DNA of 60,069 nucleotides from an uncultured Methanosarcinales archaeon (GCA_964527395.1 CAZGQD010000007.1:8654-68722), one strand, 5' to 3'; positions 37,467-48,104 are shown, counted from the stretch's first letter. The notes: a model not told the origin generated them from the sequence alone. Made by a program: numbers and translations.

Positions 37467-37556
37467 TTTGTTTGATTTGGTTTTTTTAGGTCTATTTGTT
37501 TATTATGTTTTGTTTGTTTAATAAGGTGTCGTTTGTGTTTACTTTTTTTATTTTGT

Positions 37557-38030
37557 TTATTTTGTACTTGGTGATTTGTATCTTGAAACTGAAAAACCTC
37601 CTTCTGGAACTATTCTTCTAGCATCTGCCACTATTCTGTTAAAATCACCATTGTAATCTCTTAAATCTGCTTTAACTGTGTAAGTTATACAATGTTTTTC
37701 TGTATCTATTGGTTTTTGAGCACCACAAAAGCTTACTTTTGTTAAAACATCATAACTATTACCATCTTCGTTTATTCTTTGGCTTCCATTGAATGTGAAC
37801 CTATACCTTATATCATTTCCATTAGCGTCTTTGTCGTTTACAAAACCACTTATACTTATCCCTTTTGACCTTGGACTTTGAAAAACAGAATATGGCTCTC
37901 CTTCAATACCAATTGTACCAGGAGGAGTTGAGTTTCTTTGAGAGTACCCCACTGCGCCAATTCCCAATGCTACTAATGCTCCGACTGTTGCAATTGGGGC
38001 AGCACTCTTCAATATTTTACTTAAACTCAT
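37557..38030 (-). CDS. Secreted or membrane-anchored hypothetical protein
   Basis: N-terminal hydrophobic helix, one Cys pair. Confidence 0.6.
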   Translation of the reverse strand: MSLSKILKSAAPIATVGALVALGIGAVGYSQRNSTPPGTIGIEGEPYSVFQSPRSKGISISGFVNDKDANGNDIRYRFTFNGSQRINEDGNSYDVLTKVSFCGAQKPIDTEKHCITYTVKADLRDYNGDFNRIVADARRIVPEGGFSVSRYKSPSTK

Positions 38031-38371
38031 ATTAAAGCGCTTTTTGCAATTGATTGTTTTTATAGTTTTCTTTTTATTTATAAATGAAGATATATATTTG
38101 CATATGGTTGATCTAGAAAAGAAGAATTTTGCTTTTTATTATGATAATTGATTAGTTATCACAACAGCAATGCATATGAATAAAGCAATCTACCTTCTTT
38201 GCACAATTATTTATTCCATGACATGAAGCGCAATGGCCGTAATCAGTTCTGTGTTCAGCTAACATATGTAGGTTTTTCATTTATAAGATATATAAGTGTA
38301 TAGTATATACAATACAGGACATATTATTAATTTATTCAATATTATTTTAATATATTAAATTGATGCAAATT

Positions 38372-39139
38372 CTATATTAGGAGTAAACCGTACATCAATA
38401 GAATTCCTAAGATGAAAATGCTAAAATGTAAGGTTGACTTCGCCAAATCTTCTTCTTTTTTTAGTTCAGGAATCAAATCTGAAGCCGCAATGTAAATGAA
38501 GCCACCTGCTGCAATTGGTAGAAGAAAGCCTAAAGCTTTTTCAATGTGGTTTGATAATAAGTAACCTAAAATACCACCTAAAACTGCCATTGCTGCAGTG
38601 ACAAAGTTTAGAAGAAGGGCTTTAGATTTGTTATAACCACCATAAACTAACACTCCAAAGTCAGAAATCTCTTGAGGGATCTCGTGTAAAGCTACAGCAA
38701 TTGTAGTTGTAATACCTAAACCAGTATCAGCTACGAAAGCTACAGCAATAATTAAACCGTCAATAAAATTGTGGATACCATCCCCAACAAGGTTCATTAT
38801 AGCAAATGATTCTACCTTGTTTGCCTTTTTGCCTGTTTTTTTGTGATGATGAGGTTTGTGGCAGTGGTGCCAATGTAGTACTTTTTCAACTAAAAAAAAT
38901 ATACTAAAACCTATAAGAACAAATATGAAAATTTTGATGTTTCCACCTTGTTCTGCTAAAGCTTCTGGGATTAAATGTAAAAAAGCTCCACCAATCATAG
39001 ATCCTGCTGATAAAGCAACTAGGAACAAAAGCATTTTTTGAAGTAATTTTTCTTTAAAACCTAAGGTGAATATTGCTAAAAGAGCCAAAACGCTCAAAGA
39101 TAGGGTTGCGATCATTATTTGTAAGAAAGTTGAGACCAT
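38372..39139 (-). CDS. ZIP family metal transporter
   Basis: HLIPEA, His-rich loop HWHHCHKPHHH, GDGIHNFIDG, LHEIPQEISDFG, YIAASDLIPE. Confidence 0.95.
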   Translation of the reverse strand: MVSTFLQIMIATLSLSVLALLAIFTLGFKEKLLQKMLLFLVALSAGSMIGGAFLHLIPEALAEQGGNIKIFIFVLIGFSIFFLVEKVLHWHHCHKPHHHKKTGKKANKVESFAIMNLVGDGIHNFIDGLIIAVAFVADTGLGITTTIAVALHEIPQEISDFGVLVYGGYNKSKALLLNFVTAAMAVLGGILGYLLSNHIEKALGFLLPIAAGGFIYIAASDLIPELKKEEDLAKSTLHFSIFILGILLMYGLLLI

Positions 39140-39248
39140 GGTTTGAATGTTATTAATCTCCTTTATAAAGGTTGTTTTTTGTCTTTTATAAATGCCAATT
39201 TATTTGTAGTTCAGAAGCGAAATCTTTATGAATTTAACCTATTGAATT

Positions 39249-40022
39249 TTGGCCATGGAAGATAAAAAAGCATGTATTGTATGGTTTTGTGAACATCCTG
39301 ATGAAAGCGTTGTTTGTCGAGCACTAAAAGCAGGACTTGGTGATGAGAAAGGCGAATCTATTTATAAACTACTTTGTGAAAATCAAGCTAAATTGCTACG
39401 TGAAGCTGGTTTCCCAGTGATTATATGTTTCAAAGGCGAATCTAGGCAAGCAGACATGATTAATTGGTTTGGACCAAAGTACCAATATCAATTACTTGGT
39501 GACAAAATTTTGTCTGAAGAAGTTGAAAATGTGCTATATCATTGTTTTAGTAAAGGATTTCATTTTGTAACTGCAGTGTTTGAGATTATGCCACAGCTAA
39601 CATTTAGCACATTTGAAGAAGTATTGGCTAAACTAGAAGAGTTTGATACTGTCTTAGGATCAACAGGACAAGGATATGTTGGTTTGTTTGCAATATATAG
39701 GCCATCTTTTAAATTGTCTATGATCCAAAATGTTGATTTCAATTCTGAATTATCACATATGCAAATTTGGGAGAATATTCGTAAGGCTAAAATGTGTGTT
39801 GATATTTTGCCAGATATGCTTGCTGTGCGTAACCATTTTGATTATGAAGCGCTTAGTGTAGCACCACCAATGCCAGAAATTAGTGCTACTGAAGAATCAG
39901 TTGAAGCTGCTGTTGCAGTAGATTCAGAGAGTTCAGGTTCATCTTTTGCAGATGGTGCTGAGAAAGTTAATAATACTCAAGAACCGTTTGTTGTTTCGGA
40001 TGCTGGTGGAGAGGAAGAGTGA
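39249..40022 (+). CDS. Degenerate DUF2064/TIGR04282 glycosyltransferase-like protein with acidic tail
   Basis: Spacing of YQYQLLGDK..SEEV, MPQL...FEE....L..FDTVLG resembles the family, but the usual KTRL, IGSD and DVD motifs are replaced. Confidence 0.5.
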   Translation: MAMEDKKACIVWFCEHPDESVVCRALKAGLGDEKGESIYKLLCENQAKLLREAGFPVIICFKGESRQADMINWFGPKYQYQLLGDKILSEEVENVLYHCFSKGFHFVTAVFEIMPQLTFSTFEEVLAKLEEFDTVLGSTGQGYVGLFAIYRPSFKLSMIQNVDFNSELSHMQIWENIRKAKMCVDILPDMLAVRNHFDYEALSVAPPMPEISATEESVEAAVAVDSESSGSSFADGAEKVNNTQEPFVVSDAGGEEE

Positions 40023-41594
40023 TTATCTTTTATTTTTTTTAAATGGTTTAGAACTGTTTCTTGGTTTACTGTTTGATTTGGATCTGCTGTTGCCTTTACC
40101 ATAAGTTTTCTTTTTGTCAGATCGATTTCCTCTTTTGAAAGGTTTTGAATTAGTTCTTGATTTGCTGTTTGATCTGGATCTTCTTTTATTATTAGAACTT
40201 TTATTCTCATAATCTTTAAGAGTTTTTTTCTGTCTTCTAAAGCCATTGTCTTTGAATGGCTTGCCTCTTGACTTCTCTTTAATACCAGTCATAGATACTC
40301 TTTCTGACCTGTTATCTGATCTGTTATCTCTTTTGAAAGGTTTGCTTTTGGAATTTGACCTAGACTTAGTATCTGACTTATTATTGAACTTGTTATCAGA
40401 TCTATCATCTCTTTTGAATGGTTTGCCTCTTGATTTCTCTTTGCTGCTGTAGTTAGATCTGCTATTGGTTTTATTGTCTCTAAAATGTTTAGATCTGTTG
40501 TCATTTGATCTATCTTTACTAAAGGTCTTTGAAGGTCTTTGTTTTGATCCTGACCTTGAATTTTGTCTTGAATTTGTCTTTGATTTAATCATTTTTTTAG
40601 TAGATCCAGTAGTTTCTTTAAATTTATTGGATTCTTTAGATCCTTTAGATTCTGTATTATTTTCTTTCTTGTTTTGCTTTTCTTTACTCACTCTTTTACC
40701 TTTAGCAATCTCTTTGTCAACTTTGATAGCTTTTTTACCCCTAGGGAAAACTACCCGTACTGGCTTTTTTCCATCACTAACTTTAGGGCTTCTCTTGAAA
40801 CCTCGCTCTTTTGTAGATTTAGTTCTGTAATGCTTTGAGTCTTTCTTTTCTCTTCTGAAAGTTTTTTTCTTTTTTTCATGCTCATTGATTTGTGAAAGTG
40901 ATATTTTTGATGTTTCTTGGAAGATCTTTTCCTTCTCGTACTCTTTTAAATGTCGCCATTTACCTGCTTTTAGGCTTCTTAATTCTAATCTACCAACTTT
41001 GATCCTTTCTAAGCTAGTTACCATGAAACCTATCTTTCGCATCATACGTCTAATGATTCTGTTCTTTCCCTCATGGATTGTGATTCTAATTACACTGTGT
41101 TTTACTTTGCTTACTTTTGCTGGTGAAGTTAGACCATCATCTAATTTTATACCAGTTTCAATCTTTCTTATTTGTTCTTTACTGATTTTACCATTTAGTT
41201 TAACTAAGTAAGTTTTGTCTATTTCTTTACTTGGATGAGCAATACTGTTAGCAAAATCACCATCATTTGTTAAAAGAAGAAGTCCGCTGGTGTTTAGATC
41301 TAGTCTACCTATTGGAAAGATTCTTTCAGAAATATTGATGCAATCCATAACAGTAGAATATTTTTGGTCCCTAAGTGCTGTAACGCAATTCATTGGTTTA
41401 TTAAGCATAATATAGATTTTTTTTTCTTGTTTGATGATTTTACCATCTACTTCGATCTTGTCTTTAATACCCGCCTTATCGCCAATATTGATAGTTTTGT
41501 TATTGACTTTGACCTTACCTTTCATGATAAGTTCTTCAGCTCTTCTTCTTGAGCAAAAGCCTGAGTTTGAAAGGATTTTCTGAACACGTTCCAT
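40023..41594 (-). CDS. RsuA/RluB-type pseudouridine synthase with long basic repetitive tail
   Basis: S4 domain (RVQKILSNSGFCSRRRAEELI), LNKP, PIGRLDLNTSGLLLLTNDG, IHEGKNRIIRRM. Confidence 0.9.
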   Translation of the reverse strand: MERVQKILSNSGFCSRRRAEELIMKGKVKVNNKTINIGDKAGIKDKIEVDGKIIKQEKKIYIMLNKPMNCVTALRDQKYSTVMDCINISERIFPIGRLDLNTSGLLLLTNDGDFANSIAHPSKEIDKTYLVKLNGKISKEQIRKIETGIKLDDGLTSPAKVSKVKHSVIRITIHEGKNRIIRRMMRKIGFMVTSLERIKVGRLELRSLKAGKWRHLKEYEKEKIFQETSKISLSQINEHEKKKKTFRREKKDSKHYRTKSTKERGFKRSPKVSDGKKPVRVVFPRGKKAIKVDKEIAKGKRVSKEKQNKKENNTESKGSKESNKFKETTGSTKKMIKSKTNSRQNSRSGSKQRPSKTFSKDRSNDNRSKHFRDNKTNSRSNYSSKEKSRGKPFKRDDRSDNKFNNKSDTKSRSNSKSKPFKRDNRSDNRSERVSMTGIKEKSRGKPFKDNGFRRQKKTLKDYENKSSNNKRRSRSNSKSRTNSKPFKRGNRSDKKKTYGKGNSRSKSNSKPRNSSKPFKKNKR

Positions 41595-41715
41595 AATAAG
41601 TGGATTTCTTAGTTGTTTTATAAAGCTGCTTGTTAATTAGCTACCTATAACTATATTCTTTACAATATATATGTTTAAAAGAGAAATTTTCTTGCTTTTC
41701 ATTGGTGATTTAATA

Positions 41716-42708
41716 ATGGCACAAAATGATAGAATTACATGGACTCCATTGGGAATACCTTCTGTACATTTAGGAATTATGTATACTAATCCAAATATTG
41801 TTACAGGTGGAAGTGTAGGTAGAATGGAGAACTTGGCTTATAGGAACCTTGTTGGAGTTGTAACCGAAGAGAATAAAGGAAGAAGATTTCAAACTTTTCA
41901 TGGGACTTATATCAGAGATGGCCATAAGTTGCCAGTAACTGCTTTTGCAACAGGAATGGGAACTTCAAGTGCATCATTGACACTACCAGAAATTGCTGAA
42001 GCAAGAAAAATGCCTGAAAGTGGAATATATGGGAATGGTGAGCCAGTAAATCCTGCTGAAATTGAAGCTATGGTAAATCCTTACCATGAAAAGATGAGAT
42101 TAGTTAGAATTGGTACAGCAGGTGCTTTACAAAAAGGAATTAATGTTGGGGATTTGGTTGTAGCAACAGAAGCTAGAAGTTATGCTGCAGTTGCTAAGTT
42201 TTTAATGGGTGTTGAGTATGATCCTAGACTTAATCATGCTTTTGTTTCTGCTTTAGAAACAAGAGCAAGAGAACATCAACTTGATTGGCATGAGGTTCAT
42301 AAAGGCCCTATCAAGATTGTTCCTGAGGCATATATACATAATAAAACTGTACCTTTTGTAGACCATGGAGACATGGTTGCTGTTTCTATGGAAACTAGCG
42401 CACTTAAAGCTTATTGTGATCTATTAAGTAGAAGAGGAATAAATCCAGATCTACCTATTGAAGTAAGACAAGATCTTGCTGAAAATCTACCACAAAGAGA
42501 TATGCTAGGTGTGACTCTTCTTTCTGTTAGTGATAATCCACTAGAAGGACATGTAGATATGGGGAATTATAAAGGAGTGAAAGAGCCTCAAGTTGAAGAA
42601 GTACAATTTAGGGTGGCACTTGATGCTTTGATGGATATGCATCTTGCTGATTTTAAGAGAGATTTGGTGGGAGGACCTGAACTTCCTGAAATTGAAAAAA
42701 GGCGTTAA
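41716..42708 (+). CDS. Nucleoside phosphorylase (PNP/UDP family), divergent
   Basis: ATGMGTSSA, VRIGTAGAL, GDLVVA, VSMETSAL, LSVSDN; GGTGA ribosome site. Confidence 0.8.
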   Translation: MAQNDRITWTPLGIPSVHLGIMYTNPNIVTGGSVGRMENLAYRNLVGVVTEENKGRRFQTFHGTYIRDGHKLPVTAFATGMGTSSASLTLPEIAEARKMPESGIYGNGEPVNPAEIEAMVNPYHEKMRLVRIGTAGALQKGINVGDLVVATEARSYAAVAKFLMGVEYDPRLNHAFVSALETRAREHQLDWHEVHKGPIKIVPEAYIHNKTVPFVDHGDMVAVSMETSALKAYCDLLSRRGINPDLPIEVRQDLAENLPQRDMLGVTLLSVSDNPLEGHVDMGNYKGVKEPQVEEVQFRVALDALMDMHLADFKRDLVGGPELPEIEKRR

Positions 42709-42742
42709 CTTTTTAATCTCTTTTCTTTTTTCTTTTCTTATT

Positions 42743-43141
42743 ATGGGTAGACGAATTCCGAAACGTTATGGTAAATCTGGTAATGCCACATGTCCTTTTT
42801 GTGGAGCTATGGCGATTGCTAAGAATGAAGATGGACTTTCTGTGTGTATTGCACATAAACTAAGTAAACAAAAATTTGATGAGGTCAAATGTGATTGTGG
42901 ATCATGGCTCGAGATACGTGATGGTAAGTTTGGGATGTATTTTAACTGTTTAAATTGTGGGAATATCAATTATGAGAAAGGTATGGCTATGAAAGACAAA
43001 CAAGATGCTGCTAAAGCTAAAGAGCCTAAGAAAAAACAAGTTAAATTGCCTGCTCGTAAGAAAATATATGAAAGACGTAGCCAGTATACTGGAAAACAAG
43101 AAATTGTGATTAGTAGTAGAGACTTTGAATGGTTTGATTGA
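42743..43141 (+). CDS. Small Zn-ribbon protein
   Basis: CPFC, CxxH, CDC and CLNC pairs; topoisomerase Zn-ribbon-like GKFGMYFNC. Confidence 0.75.
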   Translation: MGRRIPKRYGKSGNATCPFCGAMAIAKNEDGLSVCIAHKLSKQKFDEVKCDCGSWLEIRDGKFGMYFNCLNCGNINYEKGMAMKDKQDAAKAKEPKKKQVKLPARKKIYERRSQYTGKQEIVISSRDFEWFD

Positions 43142-43242
43142 TACCGTTTGGTAGTAGAAAGTACTATAAAAGTTAAATTTTCTTTATTTTTGTGCTTAAT
43201 TTGTCGAAGCCTTTTTAAAAAAAGTGTATAAAATCTGCTTTT

Positions 43243-43821
43243 ATGGAAGAATTTCAAAAAGATTTATTTTATAGTGCTGATGAACTTATTTTACCAGGAG
43301 CTGTATATGTTCCTCTTGGAGCTACAATAGCAGATACAGAATATTTGGTAGGAGTTATGCTTGGATTTGATCCTAAAAAAGGATTTTGTCATTTGCATCA
43401 AAGAGTTTCTCAAGGAGAAAATGATGCTTTGCAAGGGGAGACAAAAGGGGATTTTGAAAGAGTTTATTCTGGTCCAATTAAAGCTATGTCAGTTCAAAAA
43501 TTGTTTAGTGTTGAAAGATCCAATATTGCAACAACGATGTATGATGAATGTCCTTCTCCAAATAATAGAAGAATAAAACGATTATGTAAATTTGCACCAG
43601 TTGCACTTACAATTAGAAGATATCATAAAGCTGAAGTTTTTGTAGAATTAGAAGAAAGAGCAAGGAGTTGGCCAAGATGGAAATTTCTTGTGAAAAAGAA
43701 AGAAGATTATAGAAGAAGATTATTAGTTGAAAATGGCCAAGAAGTAAGTGTATTGAAAGATAGGTTTTCTGATAGACCAGTTAGTTTAGATGAATTCTTT
43801 GGTGGTTTGTACTGTAATTGA
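43243..43821 (+). CDS. Hypothetical protein
   Basis: 192-aa ATG ORF following a TATA-like site. Confidence 0.6.
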   Translation: MEEFQKDLFYSADELILPGAVYVPLGATIADTEYLVGVMLGFDPKKGFCHLHQRVSQGENDALQGETKGDFERVYSGPIKAMSVQKLFSVERSNIATTMYDECPSPNNRRIKRLCKFAPVALTIRRYHKAEVFVELEERARSWPRWKFLVKKKEDYRRRLLVENGQEVSVLKDRFSDRPVSLDEFFGGLYCN

Positions 43822-43840
43822 TTAATTTTCTATACTTTTA

Positions 43841-44794
43841 TTATTTGCCTTTTTTATTGTTTAGTTTGTGACCACCAAACTCATTTCTTAGAAGATTTAT
43901 GACTTTACCACGATAGTTTGGTTTTGTTCTTGACTCTAACCTTTCTTTGATTGCCCCTCTTATGGCGTGAGCATGAATTTTCATTCTCTTTGCTTCGTCT
44001 ACAGTCCAATTTGCTTCAGATTTTACTGTTCTTCCTGCAGCTTTTCCACCTTGACCAGCAGAACCAGAAACATCTTTTAGGGCTTTTCCGTGTTTTTTTA
44101 GACCATTTAGTAGCCAGCTGATTAGTCTTGATTCAATAACACTGCCATTGTTGTATACACTTGCTGCTTTTTCTAAGTCTAATTTATAATTTGATTTTTT
44201 GAGGATATGGAAACCTTCAGCTATTGATTCCATAATCCCATATTCGATACCATTGTGTACCATTTTTACATAATGGCCAGCACCAGCACCTTCAAAATGT
44301 TCTAAACCACCTTTCACGCAAATACTTTGTAAGAGAGGTTTGATATAATTGTAGTTCTGTTTTTTGCCACCAACCATCATACATGAACCATCTCTTGCGC
44401 CAGCTGGACCTCCAGATACTCCTATGTCTATGAAATTGATTTTCTTTTTTGCTAAGAGTTTTGACATTTGTTTTGAATCTTTATAAAATGAGTTACTTCC
44501 ATCAATTACGATGTCACCTTTGTTTAGTTGGTCTTTTAGATTTTTTATTGTGTCTTTTGTAACTTTTCCAGCTGGGAGCATGACCCAGATGATTCTTTTT
44601 TTGTTGCTTGGGAGTTTTTTTACTAGATCTGCTATAGAGTTTGATGTTATGGCACCTTTTCTTTTGGCTTTTTGCATTGGAGCTGTTGATCTGTTGTGAA
44701 CTATGACTTTGTGTTTTTTTTCTAATAGGTTGTAAACCATATTTAGACCCATTTTACCAAGGCCAATGTATCCTAAAGTGAATTTCTTTGCCAT
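43841..44794 (-). CDS. gnd: 6-phosphogluconate dehydrogenase, short form
   Basis: YIGLGKMG, VMLPAG, IDGSNS, GVSGG..GA, AGHYVKMVHNGIEY, LRNEFGGH. Confidence 0.95.
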   Translation of the reverse strand: MAKKFTLGYIGLGKMGLNMVYNLLEKKHKVIVHNRSTAPMQKAKRKGAITSNSIADLVKKLPSNKKRIIWVMLPAGKVTKDTIKNLKDQLNKGDIVIDGSNSFYKDSKQMSKLLAKKKINFIDIGVSGGPAGARDGSCMMVGGKKQNYNYIKPLLQSICVKGGLEHFEGAGAGHYVKMVHNGIEYGIMESIAEGFHILKKSNYKLDLEKAASVYNNGSVIESRLISWLLNGLKKHGKALKDVSGSAGQGGKAAGRTVKSEANWTVDEAKRMKIHAHAIRGAIKERLESRTKPNYRGKVINLLRNEFGGHKLNNKKGK

Positions 44795-44845
44795 TTTTTT
44801 TCATCTCTTTTTTTTGTTATTATAATATTATTAAAATTCTGTTTA

Positions 44846-46330
44846 TTAATCTTCAATGTCGTCGTACAAAATGCTGACATCTTCCAAACAACTTTGTTCT
44901 AAAGTACAAGATATCAAACAGTCTTCCGTTAGATCTGTTTTTTGTTCTTCATCTCCATTGAAACCACATTCTTCGTCACAATTGTCAATAATATCGTTTG
45001 AACACTCTTTGATTGTGTCAGGATCAATTATATTTATTTGCTCTTCTATGGAAGACCCTTCTCCTAGTAAGTCAAATGCATTTTTATATGCTACTTTTTC
45101 TTGGTCTGCTTGATCAAATCCAGCAATCACAAATCTTGCTATCTCAACTGCCTTATCATAAACTTCATTATCATATGCATATTCAGGTCCTGTTTCTGTA
45201 CCCCACATGACTTTGTTTGCTACTTCGTCAACAATTGGCTTATAATCTTTAATAGCATCAGCAATTATTTGATCTTCTTTATTGTTAATGTCACTAAAAA
45301 AGTTCTCTTTTGCCTTTTGAACTGAATCACCTTGGTATTTATAAAGCAAATCCATCCCATCTAAATGAATAATATGTGCTGTGTCCATGCTGAAATAAAG
45401 GTTTTTGTGATCTTTTAGTAAATTTATTAATTCTGATCTTCCATCTTTTAGATCTTGTCTATACATATGAATTATGAAAATTGTGTCTGGAAATTGATTT
45501 AGGATGTTTTCTAAATCATCTAATTTTGATGCTACTGGATGAAACAAAACAAACATATTATTGTCGTCTGCTATTTGGAAAAGTGATAAAACGTCTTTAT
45601 TATCGTGAGTTACTGACCACTCTTGTGTTTCAATCTCACCTAAACCTTGAATAAATTGAGTATTAGTTGTTTCTTTTGTCTTTGTTAGAATCGTTTTGTA
45701 CCAATTTGTTAATTCATCACCCAAGTAATCTTCCATCTCGTCTCCTGGGATCCCTGGATTTGTGAATGCGACAATTCTTTTAGGATATTTCTGGATAGCA
45801 TTAATAGCTCTTCCAAGATCACTGTTTGTTGTTAGGATGTCTGTTGTATCTTCATTATCTCCATCATCCTGGGTAGTATACCCTGCTTCTATGCCAAACA
45901 TCCCTAAAGCTGCAATAATTCCATTTCTATCCATGTTTTTGATAACTTGATCAATGTCTCTACTACCTATTTGTTCAGATGTAGCATATAATGGTCCGTT
46001 GTAAGCTCCTTCATAAGTTAATTGTGGTTGGATAATCCCTAAACTTTCTTCTTTTGGTAATTGAGTTGTTTCTTTAGAATCCTCAGAGAAATCTTCCTCT
46101 GTAGCAATAGGTTCTTCAGAGTTATTTGTGGCCTTTTCTGTTATTTGCGTTGTTTGTGATCCTATTATTTCTGTTGCTTGATCTGAATCTTCTGGATTTT
46201 CTGAGTGCTCTGTATCTTTTGTATCTTCTGTGTTAAAGGTTTCTGTTGTCATTTGATCTGTGCAAGATACTAATAAAAATAGAATTGTGAATATGAAAAT
46301 AAGAAAGATTTTTGTAATTTTTGGTTTCAT
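44846..46330 (-). CDS. Lipoprotein with amidohydrolase-like TIM-barrel domain
   Basis: LLVSC lipobox, acidic linker, GLGEIE, VLFHP, FIIHM, YFSMD, MWGTE; Cys-rich C-terminus. Confidence 0.6.
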   Translation of the reverse strand: MKPKITKIFLIFIFTILFLLVSCTDQMTTETFNTEDTKDTEHSENPEDSDQATEIIGSQTTQITEKATNNSEEPIATEEDFSEDSKETTQLPKEESLGIIQPQLTYEGAYNGPLYATSEQIGSRDIDQVIKNMDRNGIIAALGMFGIEAGYTTQDDGDNEDTTDILTTNSDLGRAINAIQKYPKRIVAFTNPGIPGDEMEDYLGDELTNWYKTILTKTKETTNTQFIQGLGEIETQEWSVTHDNKDVLSLFQIADDNNMFVLFHPVASKLDDLENILNQFPDTIFIIHMYRQDLKDGRSELINLLKDHKNLYFSMDTAHIIHLDGMDLLYKYQGDSVQKAKENFFSDINNKEDQIIADAIKDYKPIVDEVANKVMWGTETGPEYAYDNEVYDKAVEIARFVIAGFDQADQEKVAYKNAFDLLGEGSSIEEQINIIDPDTIKECSNDIIDNCDEECGFNGDEEQKTDLTEDCLISCTLEQSCLEDVSILYDDIED

Positions 46331-46331
46331 C

Positions 46332-47774
46332 TTATAATATCCAATCTACTTTGTTTTGTTTAGACCATTGTTTTAGGTCCTTTGGTTCAGTTGCTTTCTT
46401 TTTGTAAATATGGAGTTTTTGTTTCTTCTTGGTTTTTTGGATTTTGTCAATCAATTTCCAAGAATGCTCTATTTCATCACTGTTTACAAAGTGAGATTGG
46501 TCACCTTCAATCATGTCTGTTAAGATTGTTTGATAAGATTCAATTGTATTGATACCAAAATGAAGGTCTTCTTTGAAAGTTAATTTTACAGGAGTTACTT
46601 GATCATGAGAGTTTGGAATTTTACTGTTTAAGTGAAAATGAACCTCATTTTTTGGATGGATGTTGATTGATAGGTGGTTTGGTTCTCTTGGGCAAGTATC
46701 AAGAAGGCATTTTACTCTTTTGAAAATAATGTTTATTCTGGTTTTTTTGTTTTTTAGGGCCTTACCTGATCTTACATATAAAGGAGTGTTTTTCCATCTT
46801 CTACTTTTGCTTTTTAGTTTGATTACAGCAAATGTATCTGTGCTTGAATTATTGTTTTTGGCTTCTTTTTTATAGCCCTGATATTGAGCAAAAAAACTCT
46901 CATCTATTTCAAGAGATCCTAGGAAATTTGATTTTTTGTTTCTAATTTCGTTTCCTTTCAATGATTTAGGTGCATCCATACAGGTTAATGCTAATAATTG
47001 AAGTGCATGATTTTGAATTACATCTTTTATAGCACCTTGACTATCATAAAATGCAGCTCTGCCTTGGATATCAATGTCTTCATCTATAATTACTTGGACA
47101 TGATCCACATGGTTGTAGTTCCAAAGTGGTTCTAGAATGATGTTGGTGAACCTTAGAAGGGCTATGTTTGAAACTAACTCTTTTTCTAAATAATGGTCGA
47201 CCCTGTAGATATTTTGTTCTGTGAAAGATTTCTTTAGAGCTTTATTTATTGCTTTTGCTGTGCTATAATCTTCACCGAAAGGTTTTTCCAAGGCAATCCT
47301 AGACCAAGGCTCTTTTGATTTTGTTTTTTTTGATTTTTTCTTATGCCTAATTGAACCTGCATTTTTTAGATATTTAGCAATTATCTTGTAGTATTGAGAA
47401 TATGTTGCCAAATAGAACAATCTATTTCCTTTAAGTTTAAGTTTTTCTTCTTGTCTTGAAATTGCTCTTTCAAGTTTGATAAAGTCTCCTTGATTGTTAA
47501 AGTCAATTTGATGATATGTTGAGTTGTTCTCAAGTTTAGTCCAAACAGATTTGTTTATTTTCTTAGATTTGATGAATTTTTTTGCTTTTGATAGAATTTG
47601 ATTTGATTTGAATAGTGTATGGCCAGTTAAGATTAAAGTGAATTTATTGATTTTTTTTTCTTTGATTAAATTGTATATTGCAGGGATTATTTTTCTTTTT
47701 GTTAAATCACCACTACCACCCATAATTACAAAAGTTACATCCTCTTGTTTGTTATTAAGCACCATCAGTTTCAA
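46332..47774 (-). CDS. zwf: Glucose-6-phosphate 1-dehydrogenase
   Basis: GGSGDLTKRKIIPA, LEKPFG, YRVDHYLEKE, IKDVIQNH, RWKNTPLYVRSGK. Confidence 0.95.
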   Translation of the reverse strand: MKLMVLNNKQEDVTFVIMGGSGDLTKRKIIPAIYNLIKEKKINKFTLILTGHTLFKSNQILSKAKKFIKSKKINKSVWTKLENNSTYHQIDFNNQGDFIKLERAISRQEEKLKLKGNRLFYLATYSQYYKIIAKYLKNAGSIRHKKKSKKTKSKEPWSRIALEKPFGEDYSTAKAINKALKKSFTEQNIYRVDHYLEKELVSNIALLRFTNIILEPLWNYNHVDHVQVIIDEDIDIQGRAAFYDSQGAIKDVIQNHALQLLALTCMDAPKSLKGNEIRNKKSNFLGSLEIDESFFAQYQGYKKEAKNNNSSTDTFAVIKLKSKSRRWKNTPLYVRSGKALKNKKTRINIIFKRVKCLLDTCPREPNHLSINIHPKNEVHFHLNSKIPNSHDQVTPVKLTFKEDLHFGINTIESYQTILTDMIEGDQSHFVNSDEIEHSWKLIDKIQKTKKKQKLHIYKKKATEPKDLKQWSKQNKVDWIL

Positions 47775-47835
47775 TGAATTAAAATGGCTTTATAAAAGTT
47801 AGTTTTTGGGGAACACAACAAGAGAAAAAAGAAAA

Positions 47836-48051
47836 TTATAATGTAAATAACATTACAATTAGCCAGATAAAGCTGAAAAAGATACTGAAAATTGTTCCAA
47901 TAATCAAGCCTGGGATGATACCATATCCGTAGATTGCAAATGCTCGTTTCATGAAACTATCTGAGTTTAACCAACCCATATAGCTATAAGTATCTTCGTT
48001 TGGGTTGTTTGTTTTGTGTGTCTTAGTTGCTTTATTTGTTTTAGTTGCCAT
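47836..48051 (-). CDS. Small membrane protein
   Basis: 71 aa with a C-terminal hydrophobic segment. Confidence 0.6.
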   Translation of the reverse strand: MATKTNKATKTHKTNNPNEDTYSYMGWLNSDSFMKRAFAIYGYGIIPGLIIGTIFSIFFSFIWLIVMLFTL

Positions 48052-48104
48052 AATGTGTATTTTTGAATAGCTGTTTTTAAAGGTTTATGTTTAGAATTGG
48101 TGTT

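Noticed and set aside
38100-38310. Gene or pseudogene between the hypothetical gene and the ZIP transporter
   Set aside because: Only short broken frames and scattered CATATG sites, with no recognisable homology.
40246-40830. Leu/Asp/Ser-rich repeat ORFs on the plus strand
   Set aside because: They are antisense to the repetitive tail of the pseudouridine synthase. The same applies to most other short nested ORFs in the track.
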